From: Mytilus californianus
Lineage: Eukaryota
Length of the DNA: 64,000 nucleotides
Reading direction: 5' to 3'
NCBI RefSeq assembly: GCF_021869535.1
Contig: NW_026262690.1
Coordinates: 92,380,001-92,444,000 of the forward strand
Under the pieces are notes generated by a model. The model saw only the letters and a program-made list of their open reading frames with translations, was not told the DNA's origin and did not search any database. A program made the translations under genes and the position numbers. Each line of letters opens with the position of its first letter. Position 1 is the first letter of the stretch. Shown here piece after piece: positions 36,301 through 51,300 of this stretch.

Positions 36301-39300
36301 ACTCACAGAGTTCCTGTGTTGTGAGTCTGTGTTTTGTTTTTCTATCCTGTTTGGTTTTCCTATCCTTAGATGCAATAATTCACCAATATCATATGATAAT
36401 GCTTTTTTTTAGATATTCATTTTTTTTTAGTAGCTTTGTATACAAATTATATTATTAAAATAATTAAAACTTTTTTTCCCTTTTTTATCAGAAAATACTG
36501 GAAGACATTGATAGCCACAAAGGCAAAGCCTTACTGGTTGAACAGAAGCAGTCGGAACTGAAGTCTTTAACAGGCAAGGAGGAGCCTGAGGCCGCTTTAG
36601 CCACTGAAATGTCTGAACTGCAACACATGGCTCGGCAGCAATGTGAAGAGTTACATGAATCCATCATACAGCAGGAACAGTATGAATCAGACATTCGTCA
36701 TTTGTCGTCTGCTATTACAGAAGCTCAAGACAAGCTTCTTAGTGCTCCTGTACAGGCTGCAGATGTAAACACATTGAAGAAGCAGATTGCAGAACATAAT
36801 GTAAGTCATAATTTTGTTTCTATTTGCTAAATATAATTTTTATGAAGAAGTGTGGTAGAATTTATTTATTTATGAATTATGGAATTTCACATGCTACTGT
36901 TTTACATGTGCACTCAATTTGGCAACACTGGTTCTTGGAAGAGATTTTAAGTTTTACCCTTGTCTGTCTGTACGTCCCGAAAATTGGTTTCTGTTCTCTA
37001 ACTTTAGTTTGCCTCTACCAAATGTTATAAATCTTATACATAATGCGTATTACCACAAAACATAAATCAAGTTCGAATTTTGGTGGCCTCAGGTTTACCG
37101 TTCTAGAATTATGCCCCTTTACAAATGGAAAAATTGCTGCTTTTTTTTTTACAAATAGCTGGCAGATGGATGATAAAAAGCCACAATAAAAATTGGGGAA
37201 AAAAAGCAAGTTCAATAAGCTTTGTGAAATTTCATGTAGAAATTGTTGATAACTGTTGATAATTCAGTTTGCTAAAATTCAGTTTATAATATATTTATTT
37301 ATAATGTCTATATTTTTTAAATCTGTCATTAAATAAATGTGGGAGAGGTAGAAAAATAATGGCATGTTCTTCATACAAGTGGGCGAGTTTCCATGTAAAG
37401 TAATTGGTCCTTAACAAAATAAAAAAAAATGAACCATGAAAAATAGCTTACCTCTTTATTTACTGTAGAGTTTGCAGAAAAAAAAGCATGTGCATGACTT
37501 TCTTTTTTGAAAAAGCACCACTGCTGAGCATCATGTCATTAATTTGTCAAATATTCTTAAGTGACAGAACTCAATTTTTTTACTTTCTGAAAAGATCTTT
37601 TTAAATAAGAATACGGTGGATTCAATTATATTGGTAGGTACTAATTTCTGTTGATTGAGGAAAAATTGTGTATTTGTGGTTTAACAAATTTTGCATACAT
37701 TAGTCTATAGGAAATTGTTTTTGGCAAACACTGAAAATTTTGATTACCCAAGAAATCAACAAAAATCAGTACCCCACAAATAGTGACGAATCCACAGTAT
37801 AAGTAAATGGAACATTGTCATTTTGGGGCCTTTTATAAATGACTAAGCGGTATGGGTTTTACTCATTGTTGAAGGCCGTACAGTGACCTTTAGTTGTTAA
37901 TTTCTGTGTCATTTGGTCTCCTGTGGAGGTTTGTCTCATTGGCAATCATACCACATCTTCTTATTTTTATATTGTGCATGTTTGTTTTGTAGAAAACTGA
38001 TATTCTTGGTACTAAAACTTTTTTCGCCGCTTAAGTGACTGACTAGCTATTCCTTATTAAGAATAAATGTCCTAAATGATAAAAAACCACAATTTTAAAA
38101 TTATATCAGTACAAAATGCTGTTCATGGGAAGTTTGAAGACTCACCATTATCATTTGGAAGATTTTTTTTTCAAATGAATTTCACTTTTTGACTGCATGA
38201 AGTCCAAACTAAATCTTCTCCATTGTGCTGTAGTTATTGAAGTAATTATAAAAAATATACTGTAGTTGTTGGCAATTTAAATTTATTTATTGCTAATTGG
38301 TATGCCAGTTCTTGTACATGTATAATACATAAAATATAGTCTGCATGTTGCTTTATCCATGTACTAATTTCAGGCTCTTGCATATCAAATCAAATCGTAC
38401 CAGGACAAAATTAATGACATTAACGAAAAAAGTAAACATTTAAGTGACAGAAGTCTAGGAATGAGACCTGCCATGGTAGAAAAATTGTCGCAAATGGGTT
38501 ATCGCTATCCATCGTCCTTGCCCTCATTAAAGGTCACTGGGGAGGCCGATAGATCAGGACCTGATAGTGGTATCTTTGTTTCACACGAGGGTTCGTTGAA
38601 TGCTACACAGAGATCTGTATCTGATGCAGATTTTTCATCATCAACCATGCGGTCAAGTAAATATGGACGCTCATCTGATAAAATGGGTTCTCGTCCAGAT
38701 GAACCAGGAAGTTTATCTGGTCGCTCTGACGACACAGATATCACTATAGAGAACTATCCTGGTCTGTTTGAAACCATGGATGTTAGAAAAACAAGAGGGC
38801 AAGGTCAGCCACACAGAAGTAGGTCACCATCACCTTTCTCTGAAGAAAAAATGGCCAAGCAGCATCATGAACCAGTCAAAATGTCATCACTAACACAGCC
38901 AGGCCGTGCTGGTGGCATGGGTCTTCACCGGAATGTAGCTAGTCAAAGCTTACAGCCTTTCTCTGAAATGGTAAATTGTCTATATTGAATAGTTGGGGTT
39001 AAGATAAAATTGATTTTGTTGCATGTGTTGTGTACTGAATGTATTTTGCATGCACTTTGAATGAAATTTCTCTTTTTCTGCATATTAGAATTCTCTACTT
39101 ATTTTAGATAAAGGTGAAAGTTTCAAAAATCTACATTGCAGAATAACCTATTATCATACTTCAAAAGTTATTTAAATCTGGTAGTGAAACTACTATTTTT
39201 TACAAATTTATACAAATGCGTAGATATTGATCACAATGTACAAGTGTAACCTTGAAAGTAGTAATGCAAGCATTTGGTACTAATTATCAAATTATTAACT

Positions 39301-42300
39301 TTCCCTTTACATTTAACGGAAAAATGTTTTTAGAATATTATGTTGCATTTTGGTTAATTATTCTTATCCATTATAGTTGTTTTGAGTAACAATACACAGG
39401 GTCAGTTTTAGTTTTGGAAAATTCCTTAATAAGTATTTCATGTAATTTCTTTTTTGTCTTGTTTTGTAAGAAAATCAAATTATGTCAATTGTAAGTGATA
39501 AATGTGGATTACAGAAACAATAACATTTGAAAGGGTAATTATCTTAAAGTATCAAAATGCTGCATTACATTTAACGATATTTAGGTTTATGCTTGTACAC
39601 GGTCGTAAACTTAAATTTTAAGTATTATGTTGGGAAGGAAATAATAATATAAGATTTAGAGGTAATTTTGTGACATTAACATTTCGGGAATAGGAATTTA
39701 GTTAAAAAAGATGTTTGATATTTTAATTTTAGTAGGGATATTATTACGTTATAGCTAAAGCACTGTTTGTTGTGTGGTTTTATATGTAGGCTTGCTGTTT
39801 TGTGTTGCATTATTATAAACTAGAACAAACAACTTTAGTGTCATGACTTTGATATAGTTTATTTTTCAAACTATAAATGTTGATATTATACAGCATGTTA
39901 TTCTAATGAAAACATCTTTTTTCAAATTTGCATAATATTGTATTCACCGCTAAAAGTTCATTATTTGAGGGTTATTTTCTTAATTTGTTAGGGAAAAATA
40001 GCAAAACTTACCCATTTTAATTATTTTCTTCATTTCTTAGGGGAAAATAGCAAAACTTGCCCAGCTTTTTATAATTTTCTAAATTTTATTGTTGGAAAAT
40101 GCAAAATTTGCCCAGCTCTAAAAATTTCCTGGCTTTCTTGTTGGAAAATAACAAAACTTGCTCAGCTCAATATTTTTCTGGATTTCTTATGGGAAAATTG
40201 CTAAACTTGCCCTGTCATTAATTTTGTTTTTTGGGGATAATATCAAAAAATTTATCAATTTAATAATTTCCTGGTTTTATTGTATGTATTTATCTCAATC
40301 AGCTGCCATTTTGCAATTAGGGCATGAATTTTTCAAAAAAAGAGTTACTGATAGACCTTGACCACACTCACTTCTTCATTGGCAGAGAAAAGTCAGATTA
40401 TATATATTGAAAAGGGATGTATTGACACCAGTCCAGGAATATAGTTGGGGAGCAATCCTGTAATTTGTGGCCTTTTATGCAAAATGTTTTTTCATTTTTA
40501 AAAAAGTTGAAATTTTTTTACCTGTTTATATGGGACTTAATCATCATTTCAGATGTAAGGTGGGCAAATGTATCATGCGAATTTTGCCTCAATTTCAGAT
40601 GTGAAAGTTCATTAGAAGGGAAAGTTTTCTATAACATTTTTCTTATAAAAAAAACATTATTGTACTACACAAAGTTGTTTGTTCTGACTTTTGGTGCTTG
40701 TTATATCCAGGAGGTCTCAGCTAGTGTACCTAATCTGCTACAACCAGAATTACACGGTCCACCAAGAGAAAGAAGTGCATCATTTGGTGCCAAATTAAAG
40801 CCGAAATTAGGAGAATTAGCTTTGCTGAATACCTCTTGGAATACTCTTCAACATCAGGTACTGGACATGTAGTCACATTTTTTTTTGTATCATCTTATCG
40901 TAATTCTTATTCACTGTTTCAAAATCTAATGTATTGTGGGTAATTTCATTGTTATTACCCTAATATAAGATTAGTGTCTCGTCATTGGTTGAATTCCCAT
41001 TGTTTACAACGGTGTAAGCCAATTACAACGTTTTGGTCTACACTTCAGAAAATATTGCCCAGAATACTTTAAATTCTGAAACTGCGAATCAGTGTAGGTA
41101 TTTTGTTGTAAATTGAACACTGCAGTTCCGCACTAAACTTTCACTTATATATTGTTAGTTTTTGTGATACATATATATATACATGCACATTAATTTTTAA
41201 ATTATCACTCGTTGAAATTACTTTAAATATACTTGAATGTAGATAAACAATGTGGACAATTTTTGTGATACATACGTATACATTCACATTAATTTGAAAG
41301 TTATCACGAGTTGAAATTACATGCAGATAAACAAAATACTGGTGTCAAAACATGCTGACAGGTGATTATCGCTGCATTTCTTTGCATCCATTATTTGTAT
41401 CCATAACATAATTTGAATAGATTTGTAGCTTTGGTATTTAAGGCTTTAGAATAAACTGATTAAAAATTCACAGCACATCAATTTTTTATTTTGGACTAAA
41501 AAAAACTGCTTTTAATAGGGGCAGTAGCTGTAGTTGAATAGTCAAATGAAAGTGTTCTGCTGATTTTGTCTTATCAAAGACTTATTGTAACATACTGCAC
41601 TACACACCTGACTTAGATTTAAAAACTTTATCATTTGTACGCACAGTTATTGTAAACATCACATTTTATCAAAGAGAATTTATTTAAATATTATTGATAT
41701 GGTGAAAATATACAAACCTTGCAGATTTTCTTTTTAAATGAAATCTAGTGGTTCTTGCCTAGGAACTGGACTCTTTCCAAATTTCTTTTGATAAAATATC
41801 TCTCCTTTTCTGATAGTTGAGTAAATTTTCTTTTTAAAACGTTGATTTTTTCTGACATTACTAAATTAAATTCATAACTGACTTAATTTGGTAGGAGGTA
41901 GAATTTACCAAAATTATTTTTTTTCCTGATTCAATATTAATTTTAGCATCGATTTAGAATTAGCTGTATATAAATCATTGATATTTCTATCAAGCTTGTA
42001 AAATTAAATAAATTAAAGACCATATTATTCAGCCGCATAAATAAACCTTTTTCAAATTATTCATCCATGAAGTGTAGAAATTTTGATTCAGCAGTACGGA
42101 CGTTATTCCTATTTGTGTTCACTGAGAAAGAAAACAACATAACGGTACTTTGGCATGACATGAGGGTGATGAATACGTATACCTGGGGAAGTTGCCAAGG
42201 TCTGGTCAGGTTCAAGTTGATTATAAATTCAACCCTATGAAATGACTTAATGTTAACTATAAATGTTTTTTTCACTCTTGAAATAACGCCAGTCAAGTAT

Positions 42301-45300
42301 ATATATTGATCTATTAATATACGACTATGGTAATTTCAAAAATTTATATCTATATGGTCGTCCCATTAACCTGTACATTCTAGAGTATCTGTCATTCGGT
42401 TAACAACATTGTATTTGAGATATGCTGACTTCAAAGAAAGGGAGTTTAATTCTTCTTGTGATATGATTATTATAGAGAGGAAAATTCACTAGCTTGTTCT
42501 AAATCATTGCGTACAATGGGATTTTGATTGTGAAAGAAAAATCATTAAATTTGTTTAAAATTTTTTCTGATGGCGTAATTTATGTCCTATCATAAGCTTT
42601 AAAACACAATAGACTTTTATGATGGATAAATTTTCTATATCATGAGCCAACAATCAAAATACATCACCTGGGATTATAAATATTAAATAAACATGCTTGG
42701 CACATTCCAAAATAAGGTCAATAAACCGAATAGTGCATCAGCAGTTTATAGAGCTAAACTTGTTTCCCAACAGCTTGGAGCCAGAGAACATGAACTCCAG
42801 GTGGCCCTACAGAAACAGGAAAGGTATCAGCAATCGGTGCAGGATGTAACACTAAAAATGGAGAGGACACAGAGTAAATTGGCTCGTACTTATCCCTCAT
42901 CTCTGGCGGATCTGGACAAACAGCTTAAAGACTATAAAGTAAGTGACTTAAATGAAATATAATTTGTAGCTGGCGTTCCTTTCATTTTCGTTTTTTTTTT
43001 TTTTTTTTTAAGTTGTTTCTAAAATATATTTTTTTCGACATGAATTTTGATTGTGCCCTTGGAATATCCTGACTCTTTTTTTAATAAATGTAAAAAAACA
43101 AAAAAGTTATGAAAAAAAATAGAAATAACTGTCCATTAGAGCAGAAATTGGTATTTTTAGATAGTCCCAATAATTTGTAAGGCACTTTTGTCATTTTTCT
43201 TAAAGGCATTCAAACATCAGAGAAAGGTGATTCTATTAAAAAGATCATATGAAAAAGCTATGCGCTATATGTTTTCTATAATAATTTGAAAACCACATCT
43301 CATTGAAAATTGTTGTCATAATTTACAAGAAAAAAATCAGTTTAGAGTCGTTTTAATAGTATTTTTAAATAGTTATGAATTTTAATAAAGAAAACATTAC
43401 AATACTGTTCTGTATTAAGAAAGATTCTATTGTTTCAAGTTTTATATTATTGTTTCATTTAAAGAATGTAATAATTGTTTCTAGTTTCAAACCTTAAAAT
43501 TAGTTTTAAAAGTCATGTCGGGACAAGTACGTGAAAAACATATTTTCACTTTTAAATTTCCAATACACTACAAGAAGAAATGTGTATTGGGTTTACTGAT
43601 ATGAAGTGGGCCAAAACATACCCTTCAATGTTACGGGTGGTATAATTTAAATGAAGATCACTTGTTCCATTGTTTTATGACGGACGCAGATGATACGATA
43701 CCCTAAATCTGATAATTGGTCGTCTGTCATTGTGTTTAAATATCGGTTTAAATACTGAATATTTGTTTTTATTTTACCTCTTAAAAGTACTTTTGAATAC
43801 TCAAAACAATTATGATATGAATTTAAGAATTTTAGCCAATATTTATTTTAGAATTTGAAGGATGTAACAGCTTATTGTAAAATCAATGTTTCCGTCACAT
43901 TTTAACAAAGTTTGTTATATGTCTTTACATTTAAATTCAGGAAAGAAGCGAATAAATGAAATAAATGTTCTTGGTGAATTTCTATGTTAATGGGTCTTTG
44001 ATGTAAATAAATGTTTGTGTTATTTTTCAACGTTTGAAATTGCTTCACTATTAAAACAGAACTTATTTTTCTTCATTGGATTTTTCTGCAAATAAAATTT
44101 ATAAGAATTTTTTTTTCTTTCGAAAAATGATTAATCTATTTATATTTGGTATGTGTAAAGAATATGAAATTAGATAAGAAGATCAATTGCTTCTTAAATT
44201 AAGTGAACCACTGAAAAAGAATTTTTTTTCTGAATGAATATGTAATTCGTCAACAATTTTTGGTACCACTCAGGATTATTTTTAGAAGGCAGAATAATGA
44301 CTTTAAACTCTCAGTATGATATAAAGATGATTTCCTGAGGAACAGATCGTTTTAATATATTGATTAATCTTATGCTTAGAATTTTTCAAAGTCATCTATA
44401 CTCAAGTTTACCATACCTATTCAACTTACTTTTACTGAATATGTTAGAAAGTCCTTGACTATAATTAATTACACTTTATTGGCCTACATGTATGGGGTGG
44501 AATATGAATGTTAACCTACATTAATTGACACATTTCCCATTTCCATTCTCAATTGTATTATAGTGTAAAAATTTAATGAAATTGGTGCATGTAGTTTAAA
44601 AGTATACACTAATTTAGTTTTCCTATCTCAAAGGACTAGTGAGAGCTTATGTAATCATTCTTGACAGAAATAATGTATTTAAAGTCCTTTATATTGATTC
44701 CTCGTTCCTTTTGATTTGGATGGAGACCCAGAGCCAAATTTTAATCTTGATTGATATGTATTCAAATTTCTTATCCCTTTAACAATATGGCCAATTTTTT
44801 AAAACTTTTTTGGAATAATGATTTGGAAATCTTTTACTAAGATTCTTCTTTTTGTACTGATTCTATGGCAAACATTATGGCAATGATGCCACTAGATTTC
44901 TACGGGAAATTACATTTTCATTGTTTTCTCTGAATTTCCTTTAGCCCTAATATCCAGAAAATGTTTTAGACTTTATGAAACTACCATTGTTTTATTAAGA
45001 TATTAATTTGAGAGTCTTTTTTAACAGGAATCCTTGATAGATATAGAGTCTATCAGAGAGGACATTGCCAGAGTGAGGGAGAGAGGGAGACAAATTGTAG
45101 AGATATCAGATCCTGAAGGCTATAACACTATGCAGGCCACCCTTACCATGTTAACAGACAGGGTAGATAATCTACAAGCTTTAGCAGAAGCCAAGGGCAA
45201 ACAACTCCAGGTAAGAATTTTTATGTCAAATTATTTAAATGCTTTAAAGTAAATATTGATTGGCAGTACATGTACTGCACTTCTGCTGTTAGGTAAAAAA

Positions 45301-48300
45301 TGCATGAAACCTTAACATGGAGATAAGTAAAAAGATTGTATCCAACCTTACACAAGCAAAAAAAGCTCTCAGTGATAGATTCATGACTTGCTTTTATCGA
45401 TATATGATGTATATGTCTTTGAAGGAACATGCTTGGGAAAAGTTATTTATTGATTCCAATATTTCTAGTTTGAAGACAGATAACTGGTCGATGTGTTTTT
45501 GGATTCGTGGCATTATACTTTGCACACATCAAGTTAAATATGCATTTCATTTAATATTATCAAATTCTAATTGTTTGTTACCATGACATCCTTCTGCACT
45601 GTTTTAGAATTTTTAAGCTCAGTGTAAACTTGACACTTTTATATTTATTTTAAATATTCTTAATGGTTAAATTTGAAGAAATATATATAACTTCCCTTAA
45701 ATGGTAAATCAATTCATTTTTAGAATAAAAGTTCAAATTACTTAACACTGTATTGAAAGCCATATGGTGACTAATAGATGCTAACATCCTTGTCATTTGG
45801 ACTCTGGTGGATAGTTGTCTTATAAGCATGCATACCGCATCTCCTTATTTATATATTGCTAACTAAGGTAATATTTCTTCTGTTTGTTGAAATTATATAA
45901 TTGAAGAAAATTTATTATTCTTGATGTTTTATTTTTTTTCAAAGAATGCTGTGAAGGATAAAGAAAAGCATGACATATCATTGACTGCATATAAAAAGCA
46001 CCTAAAAGACCTTGAAGATTGGGTTGAAGAAATGAAAATCAGACAAGCTGCCACACCCCTACCTACAGACAGTGTTCAGTCTCTTCGTCAATATCTCCAT
46101 GACAACCAAACATTGCAGGAAGAATTGAACAATCGTCTTCAGGTGGTGTCAGATCTTGCGGTGCAATGTGATGCTTTATGTGAGAGGGAAACACCCGCAA
46201 AGGCCGACAAATTACGATCTCAGTTGACAAACCTTCAAACACAGCTTGGAAATCTGAAACTAGCTGCCATAGAAAAACAAGGCCCAATTAGGGCTGCTAT
46301 CAAAGAAAGTGAAAAACGGCATAAAGAAATGGATGATTATGAAAAGAAAGTTAAGAAGTTGCAAGACTGGGTAGTTGACACTAAACAATTAGCCATGGTA
46401 CCTCCCAAAATAGAAACCCTCATATTACCAGAAAATCGCCAGAGTCTTCAACAGGTATGCTGATTAAGTCCCCAAAATTTTTTTTTGTCTTGTTGGAAAC
46501 ATCATTTTGGTGATTTTCTTAAATTGTTTATTGTCCTATCAGATTTGATATTCGTTTTTTATTGCAAATTAGAGATTGTTAAATAAATGATAAGTAAAAT
46601 TGATTTCACTGTTTATAACTTCCATTTCAATGAATGGTATATTGACATTTTGGTCTTCATCTTTTTATGCCACCTCCGTAAGCGACTGCGGCAGTGTTAC
46701 CCTTGATCATCCATCTTTCTGTCCGTCTGTCCATCCTATTTTCTTTGCAAAGCATTCGTGTCCTCAGACACATTCTTCTTTTAATTTTTAAACAGTTTTT
46801 ATAAATAATAATACAAGTGTACAATAATATAGTCTTAAGAGTTTTAGATTTGCTTTATTAATGCAAATAAGACATGAGTAGAGATGCTTTTGATTTTATA
46901 TTTCTTGATACACTTTGTAATTCAAATACACTTTACCTTATTAACATTTAGTACTGCAGTAATGATATACAATTTACATTTTTTGTAGCAACTTAGATCA
47001 GATTTATCAGAACATCGACAACTTGTGCAACAACTTTCTACTGATGCCCCATCATATCAAAGTAGGGGACCAGAATTGCCAATAGCACCACCTATAAGTG
47101 AAGAGGAACTGGTCCACAGGTGGCAAGAACTTAATGATGAGCTTAACCAGAAAAAAGAACAGTTAGAAGACCTTTTGAGAGGCAGGGGACATCTGGTAAT
47201 TTATGCTTAATAATATTATGTAGAAATGAAGTCAGAATTGTAGATTATTTGTGTATCTTAAAGTACAAAATATTATAATATTATAGATGATATAACTATC
47301 CTTGGTAAAGTGTATCTTGAAGTACAAAATAACAGGATGTCATAAATAATATAACTATCCTGGAAGACTTGATGAACTTCATTATTACATGAAATGCTCA
47401 ATTTAAAGAAACAAATTTGTAAATGGCCTATTCATCTGGCTAATCTCTCCATTACAATCTTTAAAGTCCTTATTTCTGTTTTCATTCAAGCATGAAAAAT
47501 TTGGTTTTTATTAATTTGCAAATTTTGTCTGTAGGAGCCTAGAAGTAGTTATAGTTGGTTGTCACCATCAGACCCTCAAGGTCAACTGAATGACATTAGA
47601 CATAATCTTGATGAACTCAATAACCTTTGGCAGCAGCTCAATACTCAGGTGGAAGACAAACAGTTGAGATTGGACCAAGCATTGGATTATCAACAAAAGT
47701 ACCAGGATGCATTGCAAAATATCTCACAATGGCTGGATCTGGCTGAGCAGAAGATACTGTCTCCTGATAGTGATAAAGACTCTCAGCAGAAACTTAGAGA
47801 AAACGAGGTTATATATTGTTCTTGACCAAACTTAAGATATAAGGATTTTCAACACCTGGAACCTACTAAAATGATGTGCTTTTTTCCAAAATTTTGCTTA
47901 CATTGTAAACAAAGCAAATTTCAAAAGAGATAATAAACCTTGCATAAGATGATTTCAGTCTTTCAAACCAAAGTACACAGGATATTTTGTATTCAAGTTC
48001 TAAGTACCTATGACTTCCCTTTTTTATTCTTAATTGTCCTTTTTCTTTAACACACACTATATCTACAATCTACATATATAATTTATATACTTAATTTTAA
48101 AGTATACAATATTGTGTGTATATTATAAAAAAGAAGATGTGGTATGATTGCCAATGAGACAACTCTCCACAAGAGACCAAATGACACAGAGATTAGTTTG
48201 TCATCATGAATTAATTTGTAAATGCTTGTTGTGTACAATCTTTTTTTTTTTGTTTTGTTTTCAGGCCTTACAAAGAGACATTAAATCCCTTCAAAATGAA

Positions 48301-51300
48301 ATATCTGCCATGGCAAGAAATTCTCAGGACTTATTAACCTCAACAAACAGAGAATCTCAGGAACTTGTCACTTGTAGCTTGGCTAACCTAAATGAAAGGG
48401 TCCAGATGTTAGAAAACCAGGCTCAACTCCAAGGGGAGAAACTCCGACAAGCTGATCGTAAATGGAAAGAATACAGAGTAATTTTTTTCTTTATTTTTCT
48501 AAGAATATTTTGATATAGATTGTATGAAATGCAAAGTTCTGTTGGTTAAACTTTTTGTGCTGTCCAGTGGGACTTTCTTTAAATTTACTGTAAAGTACAA
48601 AGGATTTCAAAAAATTGTCTGTATGGTACTGAACCACCTCAGAGGTCTCGTGGTATAGTGTTCACCTCGAGTGTGGGAGTTTGTGGGTTAGACCCTCAAC
48701 TGGGTCCAACTATAGACTTTAAAATTGGTATTTGCTGCTTCTCCGCTAAGCATGTGGCATTAAGGAGTAAGAGCAAAGATTGTTTGGCTCGAAGTCAGAA
48801 TAATGTGTCTGGGTACAGTTACATGTCTTCCTGCGAACTGTTACCTTGTAAACTAGCACGTTAAAAATCCTGCTCAGTGTGTCGGTCTAGTACAAAGCAG
48901 GGTTAATATTCATATTACATTAACATGTTCTCGTCCTGAATATGCATATCAATTTGCCACTGGACGTTAAGCAGCCATCCATCATTATCTGTATGGTACT
49001 GTATATGTACACATGGTTTCAAATTTTTCATTTAATTTTTCTATGAATACATTGATTATTGAAAGCTTGTGAAATACGAAATAGAAAAATATTCATTGCT
49101 TATGTAAAATTCATTCTTGTTTTGTTAATATGCTGAGAAGGTAATTTTAAATCTTATTATAAAGGATGAAGTTCAGAGTTTACAGAGGAAGTTGGCTGAA
49201 ATCAGATCTGCCATGGCAACACAAAGTCCGTCTGCTTCACTAGATGAGCTTGTATCACATATGCAGGTATGATTTATTGTCTGAAAATTCATAGTGAAAA
49301 ATAAGAAACACTTTATGAAAAACTTTTCAATGAATTTGACAAAGAAATTCATGTTTTAATAAAATTAAAATGAAAAAAGGGAGACTATGAAATATTAAAT
49401 TTGTCAGCAAATTGCATTATGAATGTTTGGCATGCAACTCAAAATTATATATACTGGCTTACTAGCTTAAAAAGGGGCTTATTCTTGATGAGAATTAATT
49501 TATCTAAGGATATCTTGCTTTCTTACTGTAATATGTTTTTTCATGTAACCCTTATAAAATTTAAATGTCTTACAGTTTTTTTGGGTTTTTTTTTTTTTGC
49601 TAGCATGACATTTTAAGATGTGATTCATGGCATATGAACTTGGCATGCCGCATATAAGCATATTAACATGCCTAAGAAATAGTGGAATTTGAACTTAAGT
49701 TGTTGAATTGTCTGCATTTTGTTTTTTGATAATATTTTGAAGTTGTTTGCAATAGATAATTAGTGATTTAATTCTTAGTATAATCCTTATGATTTTATTT
49801 TATAACCTTACAATTTATGTATGATTTTGTATTAGGATGCAATTTTTCGTACAGAGGTAATTTCAGAATCAATGTTGTCACCATCTTTTGAGCAATTCTT
49901 GCCATTTCACTACTTTTGCTTATGAGAGTTATTTTTCCCAAAAAAGGAATGAAAGAAAGAAATAAAAACATCAGATAAACCTATAAAAAACTATTAAATT
50001 GGAATGATAAGACCTAAAGGGAAATCACACTTGAAAAATTAAAGAGAATGCACTTTTTTGTAAGATGACAAGATTTTGCTCTATATTGAAAAAAAAAAAT
50101 ATACAGTAGATACAAATTTGCATGTGACCTCCCTGATAGCAATTCATTTTTTCCCCTAGTGCATGAAATGAATATGAATTGAAAAGATAGAAACTAACTG
50201 TTTCAAGTTTCAAACCCCATATAGAGGCAAGAAAAATAGATTTGAAATTATTTAACTATTACACCTGTTAGGAGTTCTAGGAAAAACAAATGTCAGCTTA
50301 TCATACATTTACAACTTATAAGTCAGTTGGTTTTTTTTCTTTACAAGAAACCAAAGAAATTAATAATATTCCCAAGACAACTAAGGGTAGATAACATTTA
50401 CCTACAAGATTTGACAGAAAAAATAAAAATTATCTCCCCTTAGTTGGTAGTACTGACTAACTAATGGTAAAACATTAAATGTCCATGAAAAGTAAATATG
50501 AAGTGAAGTTTGCTCTAACTTGTAAAATTTGATTACCAAGTTTTCAATTGCATTTCGATTATAAAAGGAGTTGTTTAAAAAAAATTAAAATGTAGCAAAA
50601 TTCTGGTTAATTTAAGGTGGAGTCAAAGGAAATAAGCAATTTTTGATTCAAGAGCTAACTATTTTTTAAACATCATGTTACAGTCTGAAAAAATTTTTCA
50701 GGTTGATAAATAAAATACTGTACGGAGTTGTCTTAGCAGTGATACAAACACTTTTTGAAAATCTTTTATTTCTGAGTTTGGCTTTTCACACATCTGCGGC
50801 TAGCATGGTTTCAGATTTTTATTCTTGTTTTGTTTGAAAGCACTAAAGCATGATAACATTCCCTTGTTAGGCAGCTTGCTGTAAATACAGCTTTCATTAG
50901 ATTAAAATAAGATACTATAAATTCGTTATTTACAACTAGTTCTAAGCTAAACACGCTGACATCACTATGAAGTGTTGTTGTCATTTATAGAAATTTTAAG
51001 TTTTGCAATAGATTGCATTAATTGACAACCTTATATACCAAGGTGTCAATTTCAGGAGACTCTATCGAGATGATTTTTGTCGAGCCTTCGACTTTAGTCG
51101 AAAAAGCAAGACATAGCGATCCTACATTCCGTCGGCGTCGTCGGCGGCGTCCACAAATATTCACTCTGTGGTTAAAGTTTTTGAAATTTTGATAACTTTC
51201 TTAAACTATCCTGGATTTCTTCCAAACTTGGACAGAAGCTTGTTTATGATCATAAGATAGTATCCAGAAGTAAATTTTGTAAAAATAAAATTCCATTTTT

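Noticed and set aside
42693-42773. In-frame ATG extension upstream of exon 42774 as an alternative N-terminus
   Set aside because: Open extensions of similar length occur by chance before several other exons here; a good acceptor exists at 42773.
50378-50446. 17-bp inverted repeat (CAACTAAGGG.AGATAA) and a nearby TTAA-GGTGGAG start at 50612-50622 as further MITEs
   Set aside because: Too short, or no convincing partner terminus and TSD; left unclassified.
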